Shown here: piece by piece, positions 1-11,517 of the stretch
Layout: every line of letters begins with the position of its first letter
How positions within the stretch are numbered: position 1 is the first letter of the stretch
Assembly (NCBI GenBank): GCA_963662335.2
Contig: CAXXVD010000004.1
Location: 1 to 64,000, forward strand
Direction: 5' to 3'
Source of the DNA: Chloroflexota bacterium
GTDB taxonomy: Bacteria > Chloroflexota > UBA11872 > VXOZ01
DNA: 64,000 nt
Position numbers and translations under genes: made by a program
Notes under the pieces: model-generated
The model's database searches: none
Told to the model about the DNA's origin: nothing
Seen by the model: the letters and a program-made list of their open reading frames with translations, nothing else

Positions 1-55
1 CATTGAGGGCTGCCTTGAGTAGACCTTCTGCTTCGCTTCTTTCAGCAGAATACAA
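1..55 (-). CDS. Possible 5' end of a gene running off the window (MYSAERSEAEGLLKAALN...), reminiscent of RecQ-family helicase N-termini
   Basis: TTG start at 55 with AGAAGGA SD-like sequence upstream and an open frame to the edge. Only 18 codons are visible. Confidence 0.2.
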   Translation of the reverse strand, partial: MYSAERSEAEGLLKAALN

Positions 56-207
56 GGTAACGTCCTTCTTTCATTGCCGAATCCAATGAATAGACTCTAG
101 CAAAAGACAGCCCTTCGCGCATTGCAAAAGCAACCAACTTGAATTTCGGAGTGACGCCGCCCGCACTTGAGTCAGCGTCACTCCTTGACTTGGTAGTCTA
201 CAGTTTC

Positions 208-690
208 CTACTGATCCGTCCGATTCACATACCGCACGTCCCACAGCCCGTACAGCGTCGGGGTGGTATTGCCAAACACGTTGCGGGTGGCGGTGAGGCG
301 TTTGGATTGGGTGGTGTATATCACGGGGACGTAGTCGGCGGCGAGGGCTTGGGCTTGGTGGTAGAGGTTGACGCGGGTGGCGTGGTCGAGTTCCTGGCTG
401 GCCTGGGACGTAGAGCGCGTCGATTTCGGCTTCCCAGGCGGTGGCGGGCGCCGGCTGGTTGGGGCGCCAGAGGTGGAATACCTCGCCGCTGTGCCAGAAG
501 GCGATGCCGCTATAGGGATCGGCGCCGCCGCTGAAGCCGATCACCACGGCCTCCCACTGGTAGGTATTCGTCAACTGAGCCACCAGGTCGCCAAACTCCA
601 CCGAAACGTAGCCGGCCTTGACGCCAATCTCCCGCAGCCCGGCGGCGATGCGCCCGCAGACGGCCGCGCGCTCTCCCGGCAAGGCGCGCT
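208..690 (-). pseudogene. C-terminal fragment of an ABC peptide/nickel substrate-binding protein (family 5)
   Basis: LREIGVKAG...WEAVVIGFSGGADP...WEAEIDALY, then a +1 shift near 408 to VQASQELDHATRVNLYHQAQ...YGLWDVRYVNRTDQ*. The N-terminal ~350 aa are absent. Confidence 0.6.
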
Positions 691-1480
691 CACGTAACCA
701 GGCGGCGGTGGAAGAGGGCGGCGGCAAGGGGGAAGAGCACGGCGATCATGCCGAGCACGTAGAGGCCCGCGAGCAGGTGAGACGCGCCCAGTTCGCCTGT
801 CACGAAGCCCCGCGCCAGGTGCACGGAGGGCGTGAGCGGCGCGGCCCAGGCGAACGGCTGCACCCAGCCCGGCATGGCCGCAATGGGGAAGAACGCGCCG
901 CTGAAGAAGTAGAGCGGCGTCGCGACGGCGGTAAAGATGAGCGAAAGTACGTGCACGTTGGGCGCGAGCGCGGCGACGATGAGACCCAACGCGCCGAATT
1001 GCCACGCCAACCAGCGCGGCGCACAGCAGCACGCCGACGGCGGACGGGGAAATCTATCCACCCCAGCAGGGCCGCTACCGTGCCGATGCAGCCGGCCATG
1101 ACGATGGACCGGCTCATGGCCCAGGAGATGTCGCCCAGGGCGACCTCGCGCGTGCTGACCGGCGCGGTGAGCGTGGTCTCGTACACGCCCTTCTGAATGC
1201 GGTTGAAGGCCCCCCACGAGCACTCGAAGATGGCGTGGAACATTGCCGAGCCCGCGATGACGCCCGGCGTCACGAACAGGGCGTACGAGACGCCGTCGAT
1301 GTCGTCCACCAGCGTGCCAAATGCCGATGCCGACGGCGACGAGAATCACGAACGGCTCGACGAAATACCAGGCGAGCGACGGCAGCAAGGTGCGGCGCAA
1401 GACCAGGGCGTGCCGGTACCAGATGCCGGCGATGCTGCGCACCCGGATGCCCGCCACGGTGGCGCTGAGGGCGGCGGCCA

Positions 1481-1481
<1 letters not shown>
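690..1481 (-). CDS. ABC-2 exporter permease, NodJ-like (frameshifted in this assembly)
   Basis: SYALFVTPGVIAGSAMF and FFSGAFFPIAAMPGWVQPFAWAAPLT segments lie in different frames. Single-base insertions near 1320, 1045 and 1010 join them. The ATG overlaps the upstream TGA. Confidence 0.75.
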
Positions 1482-2441
<960 letters not shown>

Positions 2442-2548
2442 TTTTCAGCACCGTTAGCGGTAGCGTGAACCTTCCTCAGCCACATACGCTCGCCAATCCA
2501 ATGCCGGATGGCTTAGGATGCCGCGCCGCCGCTGCTCCAAAACGGCTC

Positions 2549-2624
2549 TGGCACGCCTGGAGGGATTCGAACCCCCGACCCTCGGTTCCGAAGACCGATG
2601 CTCTGTCCACTGAGCTACAGGCGC
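2549..2624 (-). tRNA. tRNA-Arg (anticodon UCG)
   Basis: Reverse complement GCGCCTGTAGCTCAGTGGACAGAGCATCGGTCTTCGGAACCGAGGGTCGGGGGTTCGAATCCCTCCAGGCGTGCCA folds as a cloverleaf with anticodon loop CT-TCG-GA and encoded CCA. Confidence 0.95.
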
Positions 2625-2707
2625 AAGTGGCTACATTTCAATTATAGCAGGCGCGGGGGAAGATTCGGCCGCGCAATTCGATTGAAACAGTGCCTATGCG
2701 CCAAGAG

Positions 2708-2787
2708 GCGGGGGACAAGCTCCCGCGCTACGGGTTGTGACACGCAATCTTGGCGGCGTAGGGGCACGACATGTCGTGCCCCTACGC
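2708..2787. repeat. Two GTAG-family REP-like palindromes
   Basis: GCGGGGGACAAGCTCCCGCGCTAC (2708-2731) and a perfect 32-bp palindrome GCGTAGGGGCACGACATGTCGTGCCCCTACGC (2756-2787). Confidence 0.85.
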
Positions 2788-2816
2788 ACTTTGGCGCTCG
2801 GTTGCGCGTTCCCCCG

Positions 2817-4085
2817 CTACGGCCGGTTCACCGTGCCGTCGGCGCGGCGCAGGGGCGCCCAGCCGCCGCCGTAGGGCATTTCCGGCAGGGGGAAGCGGGC
2901 CGCCAGGTCTTCATCGATGTCCACGCCGAGGCCGGGGTGTTCATTGCACCACATTGCGCCGCCGCGGATCTCAGGAGTGCCGGGAAACACGTCCTGCGCA
3001 GCCTGGTTGAAGACGTGCTGTTCCTGGATGCCAAAGTTGTGGCAGGCAAAGTCCAGGTGCATGTTGGCCGCGTGCCCCACCGGCGACACGTCGGCCGGGC
3101 CGTGCCAGGCCGTGCGCACGCCGTAGAATTCGCAGAAAGCGGCCAGTTTGTGGGCCATGGAAATGCCGCCAATGTCGGAGATGTGCACCCGGATGAAATC
3201 GATGAGCCGCTCCTGAATCAGGGGCACGTACTCGGCCTGGTTGACGAAGAGTTCGCCCATGGCGATTGGGGTCGTGGTCTGCTGGCGCATGATGCGGAAG
3301 TAGCCGTTGTCCTCCGGCGCGAGCGGGTCTTCCAGGAAGAAGAGGTGGTACGGCTCCAGCGCCTTCGCCAGACCCAGCGCTTGCACCGGCGGTATGCGCT
3401 CATGCACGTCGTGAAGCAACTCCACGCTGTCGCCCAATTGGTTGCGCAGGTGTTCGAAGAGCCGGGGCACACTCCGCACGTACGGCGTCGGCTCCCACGC
3501 GCCCTCCAGGACGCTGTGATCCACTTCAATATGCTCGCCGCCTGACTTGCCGGCACTGTTGCCTTGGGCCGTGCGCCACCAGCCGGTAGCGTTACTGCCG
3601 GCGCTGTATGACCGAAAGCCCGGCTCGTTCAGCGAACACTTCACGTAACGGTACCCCTGTTCCATGAGACCGCGCACGGACTCTTCCGCCGCGTGCACGT
3701 CCTCGCCGCCGCCGGCGGCATAGAGCGGGACGTAGTCCCGGCACTTGCCGCCAAAGAGTTGGTACAGGGGCAGGTTTGCGTACTTGCCCTTAATGTCCCA
3801 CAGCGCCGCGTCCACGCCCGCCAGGGCGTTGTTCAGCACCGGGCCGCTGCGCCAGTAGGAACTCACGTAGGACGATTGCCAGATGTCCTCGATGGCGGCC
3901 GGGTCTTTGCCGACGAGGAACGGGCGCAGGTATTCGTTCACGGCGGTGACAACGGTCAACGGCCGCTGCCGGAACGTGGCGCAGCCCACGCCGTAGAGGC
4001 CGGGCGTGCTCGTTTCGATTTTGACGACGACCAGCGCCAGGCCGGCCGGCGCGGTGCAGATGGCGCGTACGTTGGTGATTTGCAT
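2817..4085 (-). CDS. Enolase-superfamily acid-sugar dehydratase, RspA/ManD (mannonate dehydratase) subgroup
   Basis: SSYWRSGPVLNNALAGVDAALWDIKGK, LLHDVHER, FLEDP, AMGEL and WHGPADVSP motifs. Confidence 0.9.
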   Translation of the reverse strand: MQITNVRAICTAPAGLALVVVKIETSTPGLYGVGCATFRQRPLTVVTAVNEYLRPFLVGKDPAAIEDIWQSSYVSSYWRSGPVLNNALAGVDAALWDIKGKYANLPLYQLFGGKCRDYVPLYAAGGGEDVHAAEESVRGLMEQGYRYVKCSLNEPGFRSYSAGSNATGWWRTAQGNSAGKSGGEHIEVDHSVLEGAWEPTPYVRSVPRLFEHLRNQLGDSVELLHDVHERIPPVQALGLAKALEPYHLFFLEDPLAPEDNGYFRIMRQQTTTPIAMGELFVNQAEYVPLIQERLIDFIRVHISDIGGISMAHKLAAFCEFYGVRTAWHGPADVSPVGHAANMHLDFACHNFGIQEQHVFNQAAQDVFPGTPEIRGGAMWCNEHPGLGVDIDEDLAARFPLPEMPYGGGWAPLRRADGTVNRP

Positions 4086-4157
4086 GGTTTTGCATCCTTA
4101 CAAAGTGTGCCTCAAACCTTTAGCGGCGCTCGCGGACCGGTCACCAGTCCCCTTCTG

Positions 4158-5180
4158 CTACGGTTTCTCACAAATGATGCGCAGTATCCGATCATATCCC
4201 GCCAGGTCTCGATAGACGTCAACCCGCGCTTGTGGCAGATGCCGCGCGGCGAGCGCGGTCAGGCGCGCGGCCATGTCGAATCCCATCTCGAAGAGCGCGC
4301 AGCCGCCCGGCAAGAGATACCGCGGCAGTGCGGGAAAAATCTCACGATAGGCGGCTACGCCGTCTGCGCCGCCGGCAAGCGCCAGGCGCGGCTCGTAGTC
4401 CCGCACGTCGGGGTCCAACCCGGGAATGTCGCCGCAGGGGATGTAAGGCGGATTGCAGACGATCAGTTGCACCGGCTGGGGCAATGCCTCGAGGTACCGC
4501 CCGGTAGAGAAGACCATTGTGTCCGCTACGCCGTGAGCCGCCGCGTTCGCCCGCGCCACCGCCAGCGCGCCGGCGGAGACATCGGTGGCGTAGACGGTAG
4601 CGCGCGGCAGATGCTTGGCGATGCTGACGGCGATCGCGCCGCTGCCGGTTCCAACGTCGGCTACGGTCCGGCTGCGGACGTCACCTGAGTCCGGTGGGCA
4701 GGCCGGAGCGCCAAACGCAGTGCAGCCGAAGTACGCGAGCGCGTGCTCGACGAGCAACTCCGTTTCGGGACGGGGAATGAGCACGCGGCGGTCTACGGCG
4801 AATTCCCGCCCAAAGAACTCCTTCTTGCCGACGATGTAGGCGATGGGTTCGCCCCGCAGCCGCCGGGTAACGCATTCGTGAAGCATCAATACCTGTTTTG
4901 ACGTGAGCCCGGTTACCCTTCCTCCGGCCAAGGCTTCTTCCGAACAGTCCAGCGCGTGGCGTAGGAGAATCCGGGCTTCGCGGGCAGGGGAGTCAATGCC
5001 GCCGCTCTCCAGCCGGCCAGCGGTGTCACGAAGCGCTTCGTTGAGCGTGGGCGGAGCGGAAGGCGCGTGGACAGGCGCTGCGGAATTGGCGGGAAACGCC
5101 GCAGGCTCCGGCGCGTGACCGCCTGCGCCAGCGCCGCGATTCCGGCCAGAGAGTGCGCTCGTTGCAGCAGGAGAAAGCAC
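4158..5180 (-). CDS. prmC: Release factor glutamine methyltransferase
   Basis: EPIAYIVGKKEFFG, VLIPRPETELLV, DVGTGSGAIA and NPPY motifs; directly downstream of prfA. Confidence 0.95.
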   Translation of the reverse strand: MLSPAATSALSGRNRGAGAGGHAPEPAAFPANSAAPVHAPSAPPTLNEALRDTAGRLESGGIDSPAREARILLRHALDCSEEALAGGRVTGLTSKQVLMLHECVTRRLRGEPIAYIVGKKEFFGREFAVDRRVLIPRPETELLVEHALAYFGCTAFGAPACPPDSGDVRSRTVADVGTGSGAIAVSIAKHLPRATVYATDVSAGALAVARANAAAHGVADTMVFSTGRYLEALPQPVQLIVCNPPYIPCGDIPGLDPDVRDYEPRLALAGGADGVAAYREIFPALPRYLLPGGCALFEMGFDMAARLTALAARHLPQARVDVYRDLAGYDRILRIICEKP

Positions 5181-5197
5181 TGCGGCTGCCTGAGGAC

Positions 5198-6268
5198 TTA
5201 GCTTGACGCGCCCGCAGCAGCCAGGCGCTCCGACTCATACGTGGTGGTAAGCGCATCCACAATGCTCTCCAAGTTGCCGTCAACCACCTGGTCCAGCGAG
5301 TAGACCGTCAGGTTGATGCGGTGGTCGGTCATGCGGTTCTGGGGGAAGTTGTAGGTGCGGATCTTCTCGCTGCGTTCGCCGGTGCCCACCAGGCTGCGCC
5401 GCATGGCGGTCTCTTCCTCGCGCTGCTTGCGCTGCTCCTGCTCCAGCAGGCGCGCGCGCAGCACCGCCAGCGCCCGCATCCGGTTCTGCTGCTGCGAGCG
5501 TTCATCCTGGCACGTGACCACCAGGCCGGAAGGGAGATGGGTAATGCGCACGGCGGAGTCGGTGGTGTTCACGCTCTGGCCGCCGTGGCCGCTGGCGCGA
5601 TAGACGTCGATCTCCAGTTCGTCGGGGCTGATAGTGACGTCCACCTCCTGCGCTTCCGGTAGCACGGCCACCGTGGCGGTAGAGGTGTGAATGCGGCCGC
5701 TCGCCTCGGTCGCGGGCACGCGCTGCACGCGGTGCACCCCGCCCTCGAACTTGAGCCGGCTGTACGCGCCCTGTCCTTTCACGAGAAAGACGACCTCCTT
5801 GAACCCGCCGATGCCGGTGGGATTCGACGACAGCGCTTCCAGCTTCCAGCCCTGCTTCTCCGCATAGAGGCTGTACATGCGGTAGAGGTCCGCGCCGAAG
5901 AGTCCGGCTTCGTCGCCGCCGGCGCCGGCGCGAATTTCCATAATCACGTTGCGGTCGTCGTTCGGGTCCTTGGGTGCCAGCGCGGCGCGTAGGCGTTCCA
6001 GCAAGCTCTCCCTTTCACCCTCAAGCTGCTGAATCTCCAGGCGCGCCATTTCCAGGAGTTCGTCGTCTTCTTCTTCCGCCAGCGCTTCCTCGGCCCCGGC
6101 CGTTTCCCGCTCCACGCGCCGGAGATCAGTGTAGAGTTGCACCACTTCCTGCAACGACGCCTGCTCCTTGGCGTAGGCGGTGAGTTGCGGAATGTTGTTG
6201 CTGCTCTCAGCCATCAGGTGGTTGAGTTCCTGGTAGCGGGCTTCGATTTCGGCCAGTTTCTCAAGCAT
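5198..6268 (-). CDS. prfA: Peptide chain release factor 1
   Basis: GGQ motif, PAT anticodon-mimic (RVPATE), [11 protein letters not shown] and [12 protein letters not shown]. Confidence 0.97.
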   Translation of the reverse strand: MLEKLAEIEARYQELNHLMAESSNNIPQLTAYAKEQASLQEVVQLYTDLRRVERETAGAEEALAEEEDDELLEMARLEIQQLEGERESLLERLRAALAPKDPNDDRNVIMEIRAGAGGDEAGLFGADLYRMYSLYAEKQGWKLEALSSNPTGIGGFKEVVFLVKGQGAYSRLKFEGGVHRVQRVPATEASGRIHTSTATVAVLPEAQEVDVTISPDELEIDVYRASGHGGQSVNTTDSAVRITHLPSGLVVTCQDERSQQQNRMRALAVLRARLLEQEQRKQREEETAMRRSLVGTGERSEKIRTYNFPQNRMTDHRINLTVYSLDQVVDGNLESIVDALTTTYESERLAAAGASS

Positions 6269-6285
6269 CGTTGGTTCCAATAACT

Positions 6286-7230
6286 TCAAGCGGTTTCTGC
6301 CGCCGTCGCGGTTGGCGCTTGTGCCGCCTTCGCCGCGGCCAGCGCTTCCTCATCCGCCGCCATCACGGCCTGCAGGGCGGCAATGGCAACGGCGGTCTGG
6401 TCGTCATTGGGTTCGCGGGTTGTCAAGGTCTGCATGAACAGACCGGGCCACACGAGCGCGCGCACCAACCACTGCCGGTAGTGCCTGGCCGAAAAGCGCA
6501 GCCACTCGTAGGAAAGCCCGATGATGACGGGAATCAGCAGCACCCGCGAAAGCACACGCGCCCACAACGGCGGGTGTCCCAGCAGCGCGAACACGACCAC
6601 GCTCAACACTACCACCACCAGCAGCAACGCCGTGCCGCAGCGGGGGTGGGCCGTGGAGCACCCGCGCACGGATTCAGGAGTCAAGGCAAGGCCCTGTTCC
6701 TGGGCGTGCACGGTCTTGTGCTCAGCGCCGTGGTAGGCAAAGATCCGCCCGACGCGGGGCGTGACGCCAATCAGCCATAGGTAGCCAAGTATGATCAACA
6801 GGCGCAACAGCCCTTCGATGACGTTCGTGGCCAGCGCGCTGCCGCTTAGATCGTGCCACGCGCCGGCAATCAGCATCGGCAGGACGAAGAAGAGGCCGCT
6901 GCCAACGGTCACGGAAAAGACCATCGTCCCGCGAACCGACGAGGCCGGGGGCAGGTCCGCCGGCGCCGGCTCTCCCTTGAGGTCACTCACCGCCACCTGC
7001 GCGGAGAAGGCAAGCGCGCGGTAGCCCAGCGCCATGGCGTCCCACATCATGGCCATGCCGCGCACGAAAGGCAGCTTGCTGGCGACGCCCTCGGTCAGGC
7101 GCTGGGGAAGCGCCTCGGCGCACGTGACCACGTGCCCTTTGGGATGGCGCACGGCCACGGCCACGTGCCGGTGGCCGCGCATCATCACGCCGTCCAGAAC
7201 CGCTTGCCCGCCGTAGAGAGGGGATGCCAT
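6286..7230 (-). CDS. DUF1385 membrane protein
   Basis: [30 protein letters not shown] and LTTREP motifs; canonical position between rpmE and prfA. Confidence 0.9.
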   Translation of the reverse strand: MASPLYGGQAVLDGVMMRGHRHVAVAVRHPKGHVVTCAEALPQRLTEGVASKLPFVRGMAMMWDAMALGYRALAFSAQVAVSDLKGEPAPADLPPASSVRGTMVFSVTVGSGLFFVLPMLIAGAWHDLSGSALATNVIEGLLRLLIILGYLWLIGVTPRVGRIFAYHGAEHKTVHAQEQGLALTPESVRGCSTAHPRCGTALLLVVVVLSVVVFALLGHPPLWARVLSRVLLIPVIIGLSYEWLRFSARHYRQWLVRALVWPGLFMQTLTTREPNDDQTAVAIAALQAVMAADEEALAAAKAAQAPTATAAETA

Positions 7231-7347
7231 GCCGTCTTTCCCGCGCCGTGTGCATGCCCTCCGCGCGGAGCGCGCCCGCGCTCCGACCGCAAACGGCTCG
7301 CACGCTAATCATGAACCGCCAAAAGGCCTACGAACGTCCAGGCGCGG

Positions 7348-7566
7348 CTACTTCTGCAGCCGCTTGGCGCGCCGCAACCGCTGCATGAAGCGGTCTACCT
7401 GGCCCTCGGTGTCCACCAACTTCTGCTGGCCGGTATAGAACGGATGGCACTTGGAGCACAGATCAACGCGCAGGGACTCCGAGGTTGAACCGGTGGTGAA
7501 CGAATTGCCGCAACTACACACGATCGTGGCCTGCTCGTGGTACGCGGGGTGAATGCCTGCCTTCAT
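7348..7566 (-). CDS. rpmE: 50S ribosomal protein L31, Zn-binding (C+) type
   Basis: [14 protein letters not shown] and [13 protein letters not shown] motifs. Confidence 0.97.
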   Translation of the reverse strand: MKAGIHPAYHEQATIVCSCGNSFTTGSTSESLRVDLCSKCHPFYTGQQKLVDTEGQVDRFMQRLRRAKRLQK

Positions 7567-7728
7567 CGCTTATCTTCCTTGTTGGGCGCAATGCCTACGT
7601 GCATTGAACTATCGGATTACCAGAGTACACTTAATAGTATACCCCATGCCTGTGCTGTGGTACAGTTGAGTCGTTGAACCGTAAGCGGAAACGCCGCGCG
7701 TGTGCTTGCGCCGACAGGCGGACCCCCT

Positions 7729-8676
7729 GTGCCATCGTTGGAAGTGAACATCGCGCCGCGCCACCCGACCGGGCTTCTGCTGAAGAATCCCGTCATCACG
7801 GCGTCCGGCACGTTTGGCTACGGCACGGAGTACGCCGCCATCTACGACGTAAACCGTCTCGGCGCCATTGCGGCCAAAGCCGTCACCCTGGAGCCGCGCC
7901 GGGGCAACCCCATGCCCCGCATCGTGGAAGTGCCCGGCGGGATGCTGAACGCCATCGGCCTGCAGAACGTGGGGGTGGAAGCCCTCATTCGCGAAAAAGC
8001 GCCGCTCTGGGCCGCGTGGGACGTGCCGGTGATTGCCAACGTGGCCGGCGCTTCACTGGAAGAGTACGTCACGATTGCCGAAATGCTGGACGGCGTGCCG
8101 GGGATTGCCGCCCTGGAACTCAACATCTCCTGCCCGAACGTGGCGCACGGGCTGGACTTCGGCACCGACCCCGCGCTGGCCGCCGCGGTGACCCAAGCGG
8201 TAAGCGAGCGTTCTTCTCTGCCGCTGATCGTCAAGCTGACGCCGAACGTGACGGACATCCGGCCGGTCGCCACCGCCGTGGCCGCGGCCGGGGCCGACGC
8301 CCTGGCAATCATGAATACGCTGACGGGCCTCGCCATCGACGTCGACCGCAAGCGCCCGGTGTTGGCAACCGTCACAGGCGGACTCTCCGGCCCCGCGGTG
8401 CGCAGCATCGCGCTCCGTCTGGTCTACGCCGTCGCGCCGCTGGTGGACGTTCCAATTATCGGCATCGGCGGCATCGGTACTACTGAGGACGCCCTGATGT
8501 TCCTCATGGCCGGGGCGACTGCCGTCCAGGTCGGCACGGCGAATTTCTACAATCACCGCGCCCCGCTGGAGATCATCGCGGGCCTAGAGGCCTACTGCCG
8601 CGCGGAAGGGCTGGGGAGTATTCGAGAGATAACCGGCGCGGCCCTACCTCAGCGCGCCGGCGTCACCGCCACGTAA
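7729..8676 (+). CDS. pyrD: Dihydroorotate dehydrogenase, family 1B catalytic subunit
   Basis: ASGTFGYG, MLNAIGLQN, ELNISCPNV, VKLTPNVTDI and GGLSGPAV motifs. Confidence 0.93.
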   Translation: MPSLEVNIAPRHPTGLLLKNPVITASGTFGYGTEYAAIYDVNRLGAIAAKAVTLEPRRGNPMPRIVEVPGGMLNAIGLQNVGVEALIREKAPLWAAWDVPVIANVAGASLEEYVTIAEMLDGVPGIAALELNISCPNVAHGLDFGTDPALAAAVTQAVSERSSLPLIVKLTPNVTDIRPVATAVAAAGADALAIMNTLTGLAIDVDRKRPVLATVTGGLSGPAVRSIALRLVYAVAPLVDVPIIGIGGIGTTEDALMFLMAGATAVQVGTANFYNHRAPLEIIAGLEAYCRAEGLGSIREITGAALPQRAGVTAT

Positions 8677-8698
8677 ACCGCAAGCCGGCGGCCCATGC

Positions 8699-9490
8699 CT
8701 ACATGATGGAGCGCACCAGGCCGCCGTCCACCTGCAGCGTAGAGCCCGTTATGTAGCTTGCCCGCGGCGACGCCAGAAAGACCGCCAGATCCGCCAGTTC
8801 CACCGGCGTGCCGAGGCGGCCCAGTGGGATCTTGGTCTCGTATTCCTGCATGATGCTCTCTTCGGCTTGACCGGTCTTCCGCACCTGGGCGGCCACGTTC
8901 TCCTTGATGCGGTCGGTGTAGATGCTGCCGGGGCAAATGTTGTTCACCAGGATGTTGTCGGCCGCCAGTTCCGTTGCCAGGGACTTGGCCAGGCCGATGA
9001 CGGCGGGCCGGATCGCATTGGAGAGCAGCAGGCCTTCCAGCGGCTGCTTGACGGAGGTAGAGGTGACGTTGATGATGCGTCCGCCGCCGGTCTTGCGCAT
9101 GTGCGGCAGCACCGCGCGCACGAAGCGCACCACGCTCATGAACGTCAAATTGAAGGCGTTCTCCCAATCCTCATCCTCGAAATCGCCAAAACCGCCCATT
9201 GGCGGGCCGCCGGCGTTGTTCACCAGTATGTCGATCGCGCCCTGGCGCTGCACCACCGTGTTGATGAAGTTGGGAATCGCGTCCGGCTTCATCACGTCCA
9301 CCGGCACGGCAAGCACCTCCGAACCGGCCGCGGCCTGTATCTCCTGGGCGGCCTGGGAGAGATTGTCCGGGTTGCGCGAGCAAATCGCCACGCGCGCACC
9401 CTCCAGCGCCAGGCCCAGGGCAATGGCCTTGCCCAGTCCCTTGCTGCCGGCGCACACGACGGCGGTCTTGCCGCTTAGTTCAAGGTCCAT
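8699..9490 (-). CDS. SDR family oxidoreductase
   Basis: [16 protein letters not shown] and C-terminal [12 protein letters not shown]. It belongs to the atypical subgroup with SNAIR at the YxxxK position. Confidence 0.9.
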   Translation of the reverse strand: MDLELSGKTAVVCAGSKGLGKAIALGLALEGARVAICSRNPDNLSQAAQEIQAAAGSEVLAVPVDVMKPDAIPNFINTVVQRQGAIDILVNNAGGPPMGGFGDFEDEDWENAFNLTFMSVVRFVRAVLPHMRKTGGGRIINVTSTSVKQPLEGLLLSNAIRPAVIGLAKSLATELAADNILVNNICPGSIYTDRIKENVAAQVRKTGQAEESIMQEYETKIPLGRLGTPVELADLAVFLASPRASYITGSTLQVDGGLVRSIM

Positions 9491-9508
9491 ACACGTGACT
9501 CCTTGCCG

Positions 9509-10411
9509 TTAGGAAGCCGTCTCCAGCCGCGTCCCCGCGCCGCCGTTCTGGCTGGAGCGGTACGCCGCCTCGATGAACGCGATGATCTCGATCGTCTCCG
9601 CGATGGCCAGCGGCGGCGTGCCGGAATCCAGCATGTTCATGATCTCGCGCAGCAGGTTGCGGTAGTTGTTGCTGGCGTCGATCGACTCGGTAAGGGTGCG
9701 CTTGGCCGTGAATGCCGTCAGGCCGTAGCCCGCGCTGCCGTCCCGAATGGCGCGCACGGTGCCCAGGCGGCCGCCGTCCCACAGGCCGGTCACGTGGTCC
9801 GCGCCGTCGGTGCGCGCGGCCCACACCTCCTGGCAGCCGGGGCCCATCACCGAATAGAGCACTTCCACGCCGTGGATGCCGTAGTTGAGCAGGCCGGGAT
9901 TGGCGTAGTGCTCCGAACCCGGGCTGTGCGCATACGCGCCCAGCGCGCCGCCGTCCTCAGCCAGCGCCGCTTGGGCCGCCATCACCGTCTCCGTGTAGCG
10001 CAGCGATGAGGCGGAGAAGATCGGCACCCCGTGTTGCGCCGCCAACGCCGCAATGGCGCGCGCGTCGGCCGACGTGCCGGCGAAGGGCTTGTCGATGAAG
10101 AGCGGCAGGCCGGCTTCCATAAAAGGCTTGGCGTGGCCCAGGTGCAGGTTGCCCTCGTTGGACTCGATAAAGACTGCGTCCACGTGGCCGATCATGTCCA
10201 CCGGATTGTCGACGATCTGCACGCCCATTTCCCTGAGTTCTTCCGTAAAGCCCGGCACCCGCTCCGGCGAGACCCGCGACTCGCCCGGATAGCCCATGAC
10301 GACCGTGCCGCCGTCCACCCACTGGTCTTCGGCGATGTCCAGGTGATTGAGCCGCTTCGTGAACTGCACCACGTGCGACGTATCGAAATCCACCAGGCCG
10401 ATCTTGCGCAT
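9509..10411 (-). CDS. Gfo/Idh/MocA family oxidoreductase
   Basis: KIGLVDFDTSH, FIDKPFA, FSASSLRY and YGIHGVE motifs. Confidence 0.85.
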   Translation of the reverse strand: MRKIGLVDFDTSHVVQFTKRLNHLDIAEDQWVDGGTVVMGYPGESRVSPERVPGFTEELREMGVQIVDNPVDMIGHVDAVFIESNEGNLHLGHAKPFMEAGLPLFIDKPFAGTSADARAIAALAAQHGVPIFSASSLRYTETVMAAQAALAEDGGALGAYAHSPGSEHYANPGLLNYGIHGVEVLYSVMGPGCQEVWAARTDGADHVTGLWDGGRLGTVRAIRDGSAGYGLTAFTAKRTLTESIDASNNYRNLLREIMNMLDSGTPPLAIAETIEIIAFIEAAYRSSQNGGAGTRLETAS

Positions 10412-10649
10412 GTTCTCTTCGTACCTCTCAACTGAAAGTGTGTTCACCGGCGCGCCTCACACAAGCGGGGTGTCCATTGCGGCTACCCATAGCCGCTCAT
10501 CCGCGCGCACCGTGTCAAGTATAGCCGATGTAACGCGCGCCTTCTAGTGGCGGCGACTGTGCTACCATGCACGTGCAACGCAACGGCGGCGTTCCCAAGA
10601 CTGTGGCGCGCCGTCTTCTACCGCATTTACGAAACGCGGGGAGCAACTT

Positions 10650-11492
10650 ATGGACCCGGACAACCTGCGCCGCCGGTTTGATGATCAGGGCTACGTCAAA
10701 CTCGTCGGGTTTCTCGACACGGACGTGGTGGCGCAAGCGCGCGCGGCCATGGCGGAACTTGTGGAGCAGCACGCACAGAGACTCCGAGCAAGCGGCAAGA
10801 TAGAAAACACGATGGATGAAGAGTCCTTTGAGACGCGCTTCTTCCGGCTCTACGAGCGCCGCCTGGACGACGCCCCCAAGTCGTTTCGCCGGGAACTGCA
10901 CCTGCCCGGCCTCTTCGACCTCTTCTTCAATCCCGGCCTGCTCGACGTGGTGGAGGCGCTGCTGGGACCGGAAATCCGCCTCTATCCCAATTACACCGCC
11001 CGCCCCAAGCTGCCGGAATGGAAGGGCACTGAGGTGCTCTGGCACCAGGACGGCGGCTATACGGAGCAGATCGAGGGGGCTAAAGGGAGCGTGGAATTGC
11101 AGCGCATGGTCAACGTGTGGACGCCGTTGGTGCCGGCCCGCGCGGAAAACGGCTGCATGCAGTTCGTGCCGGGTACCCACAAGCTCGGCAGCGTGCCCCA
11201 CGAAAGCCGCGAGTATTACTTGGAAATAGCGCGCGAGACACTGGACTCCCACGTGCAGGATGCAGTCGACGTGGAACTCGATCCCGGCGACGTGGTCCTC
11301 TTTCAGAATCTCCTCTTCCACCGGGGACAGCCGAACCAAAGCCGCGAGATTCGCTGGAGTTTCGACTGGCGCTATCAGGACTTGAGGCAACCCACGCTGC
11401 GCAAGGAAGAAGGACACGTCGCGCGCAGCCGCAGCCGCCCTGAGAGCGCGGTCACGAGCGCGGCGGAGTGGGCAAGCCTGACGTTTCGCTAG
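10650..11492 (+). CDS. PhyH-family Fe(II)/2-oxoglutarate dioxygenase
   Basis: WHQD, ENGCMQFVPGTHK, GDVVLF...LFHRG and distal Arg. Confidence 0.9.
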   Translation: MDPDNLRRRFDDQGYVKLVGFLDTDVVAQARAAMAELVEQHAQRLRASGKIENTMDEESFETRFFRLYERRLDDAPKSFRRELHLPGLFDLFFNPGLLDVVEALLGPEIRLYPNYTARPKLPEWKGTEVLWHQDGGYTEQIEGAKGSVELQRMVNVWTPLVPARAENGCMQFVPGTHKLGSVPHESREYYLEIARETLDSHVQDAVDVELDPGDVVLFQNLLFHRGQPNQSREIRWSFDWRYQDLRQPTLRKEEGHVARSRSRPESAVTSAAEWASLTFR

Positions 11493-11517
11493 CAGCCATA
11501 CGCGAGAAGGGGCCGCA

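Noticed and set aside
5198-6268. Release-factor programmed frameshift
   Set aside because: This is prfA with an uninterrupted frame; the frameshift is a prfB feature.
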